Source of the DNA: an uncultured Chloroflexia bacterium
Lineage (GTDB): Bacteria > Chloroflexota > Limnocylindria > Limnocylindrales > CSP1-4
Assembly: GCA_963720355.1 (NCBI GenBank)
Contig: CAVRFH010000001.1
Span: 604,244-668,243, forward strand
Length of the DNA: 64,000 nucleotides
Direction of reading: 5' to 3'
Numbering within the stretch: position 1 is the first letter of the stretch; each line of letters opens with the position of its first letter. Shown here one piece after another: positions 62,515 through 64,000 of this stretch. A program made the translations under genes and the position numbers. The notes under the pieces are model-generated. The model saw only the letters and a list, made by a program, of their open reading frames with translations. It did not search any database and was not told the origin of the DNA.

Positions 62515-64000
<1,486 letters not shown>

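Overview
High-GC (about 70% by eye) bacterial chromosomal segment made up almost entirely of housekeeping genes, nearly all on the minus strand. From high to low coordinates it carries: the 3' end of rpoC; a long spacer with a consensus promoter; the str/S10/spc/alpha ribosomal-protein operons (rpsL to rplQ, 35 r-protein genes plus fusA, tuf, secY, adk, map, infA, rpoA); truA-rplM-rpsI; argF; a TPR protein; cdaA-cdaR-glmM-glmS; acpS-nnrD-alr; a macro-domain gene followed by three uncharacterised genes; tsaE-tsaB-rimI-tsaD; rsmA-ispE-ridA; glmU; a CorC-type CBS protein; recO; glyQS; and a metabolic left end (PPDK, ndh, ADH, malic enzyme, FNR-like reductase, debranching-type glucosidase). The order rplM-rpsI...glmM-glmS-acpS-nnr-alr...tsaEBD resembles Actinomycetota synteny, and the presence of cdaA-cdaR suggests a deep-branching lineage, but this is inference only. 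I saw no tRNA, rRNA, CRISPR array, transposase, integrase or recognisable defence system. The points most worth a second look are listed here. (1) A roughly 95-nt repeat family has three copies in intergenic spacers of the spc/alpha operons, and two of the copies supply the SD and ATG of rpmD and truA. (2) A 52-codon, low-GC3, palindrome-rich in-frame insert sits inside the alcohol dehydrogenase gene. (3) A translationally coupled four-gene module of unknown function (macro domain, then 96-aa, 540-aa and 343-aa proteins) is wedged between alr and tsaE. (4) Single-base indels are concentrated in essential genes between about 41.9 and 47.8 kb, with scattered single frameshifts elsewhere. This is most simply consensus error and matters for any annotation of this window. 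(5) The rpoC-rpsL spacer is 785 bp long. (6) Several ribosomal proteins and beta-prime carry acidic low-complexity C-terminal tails. All coordinates and identity estimates were worked out by hand from the sequence and ORF track. No database search was possible.
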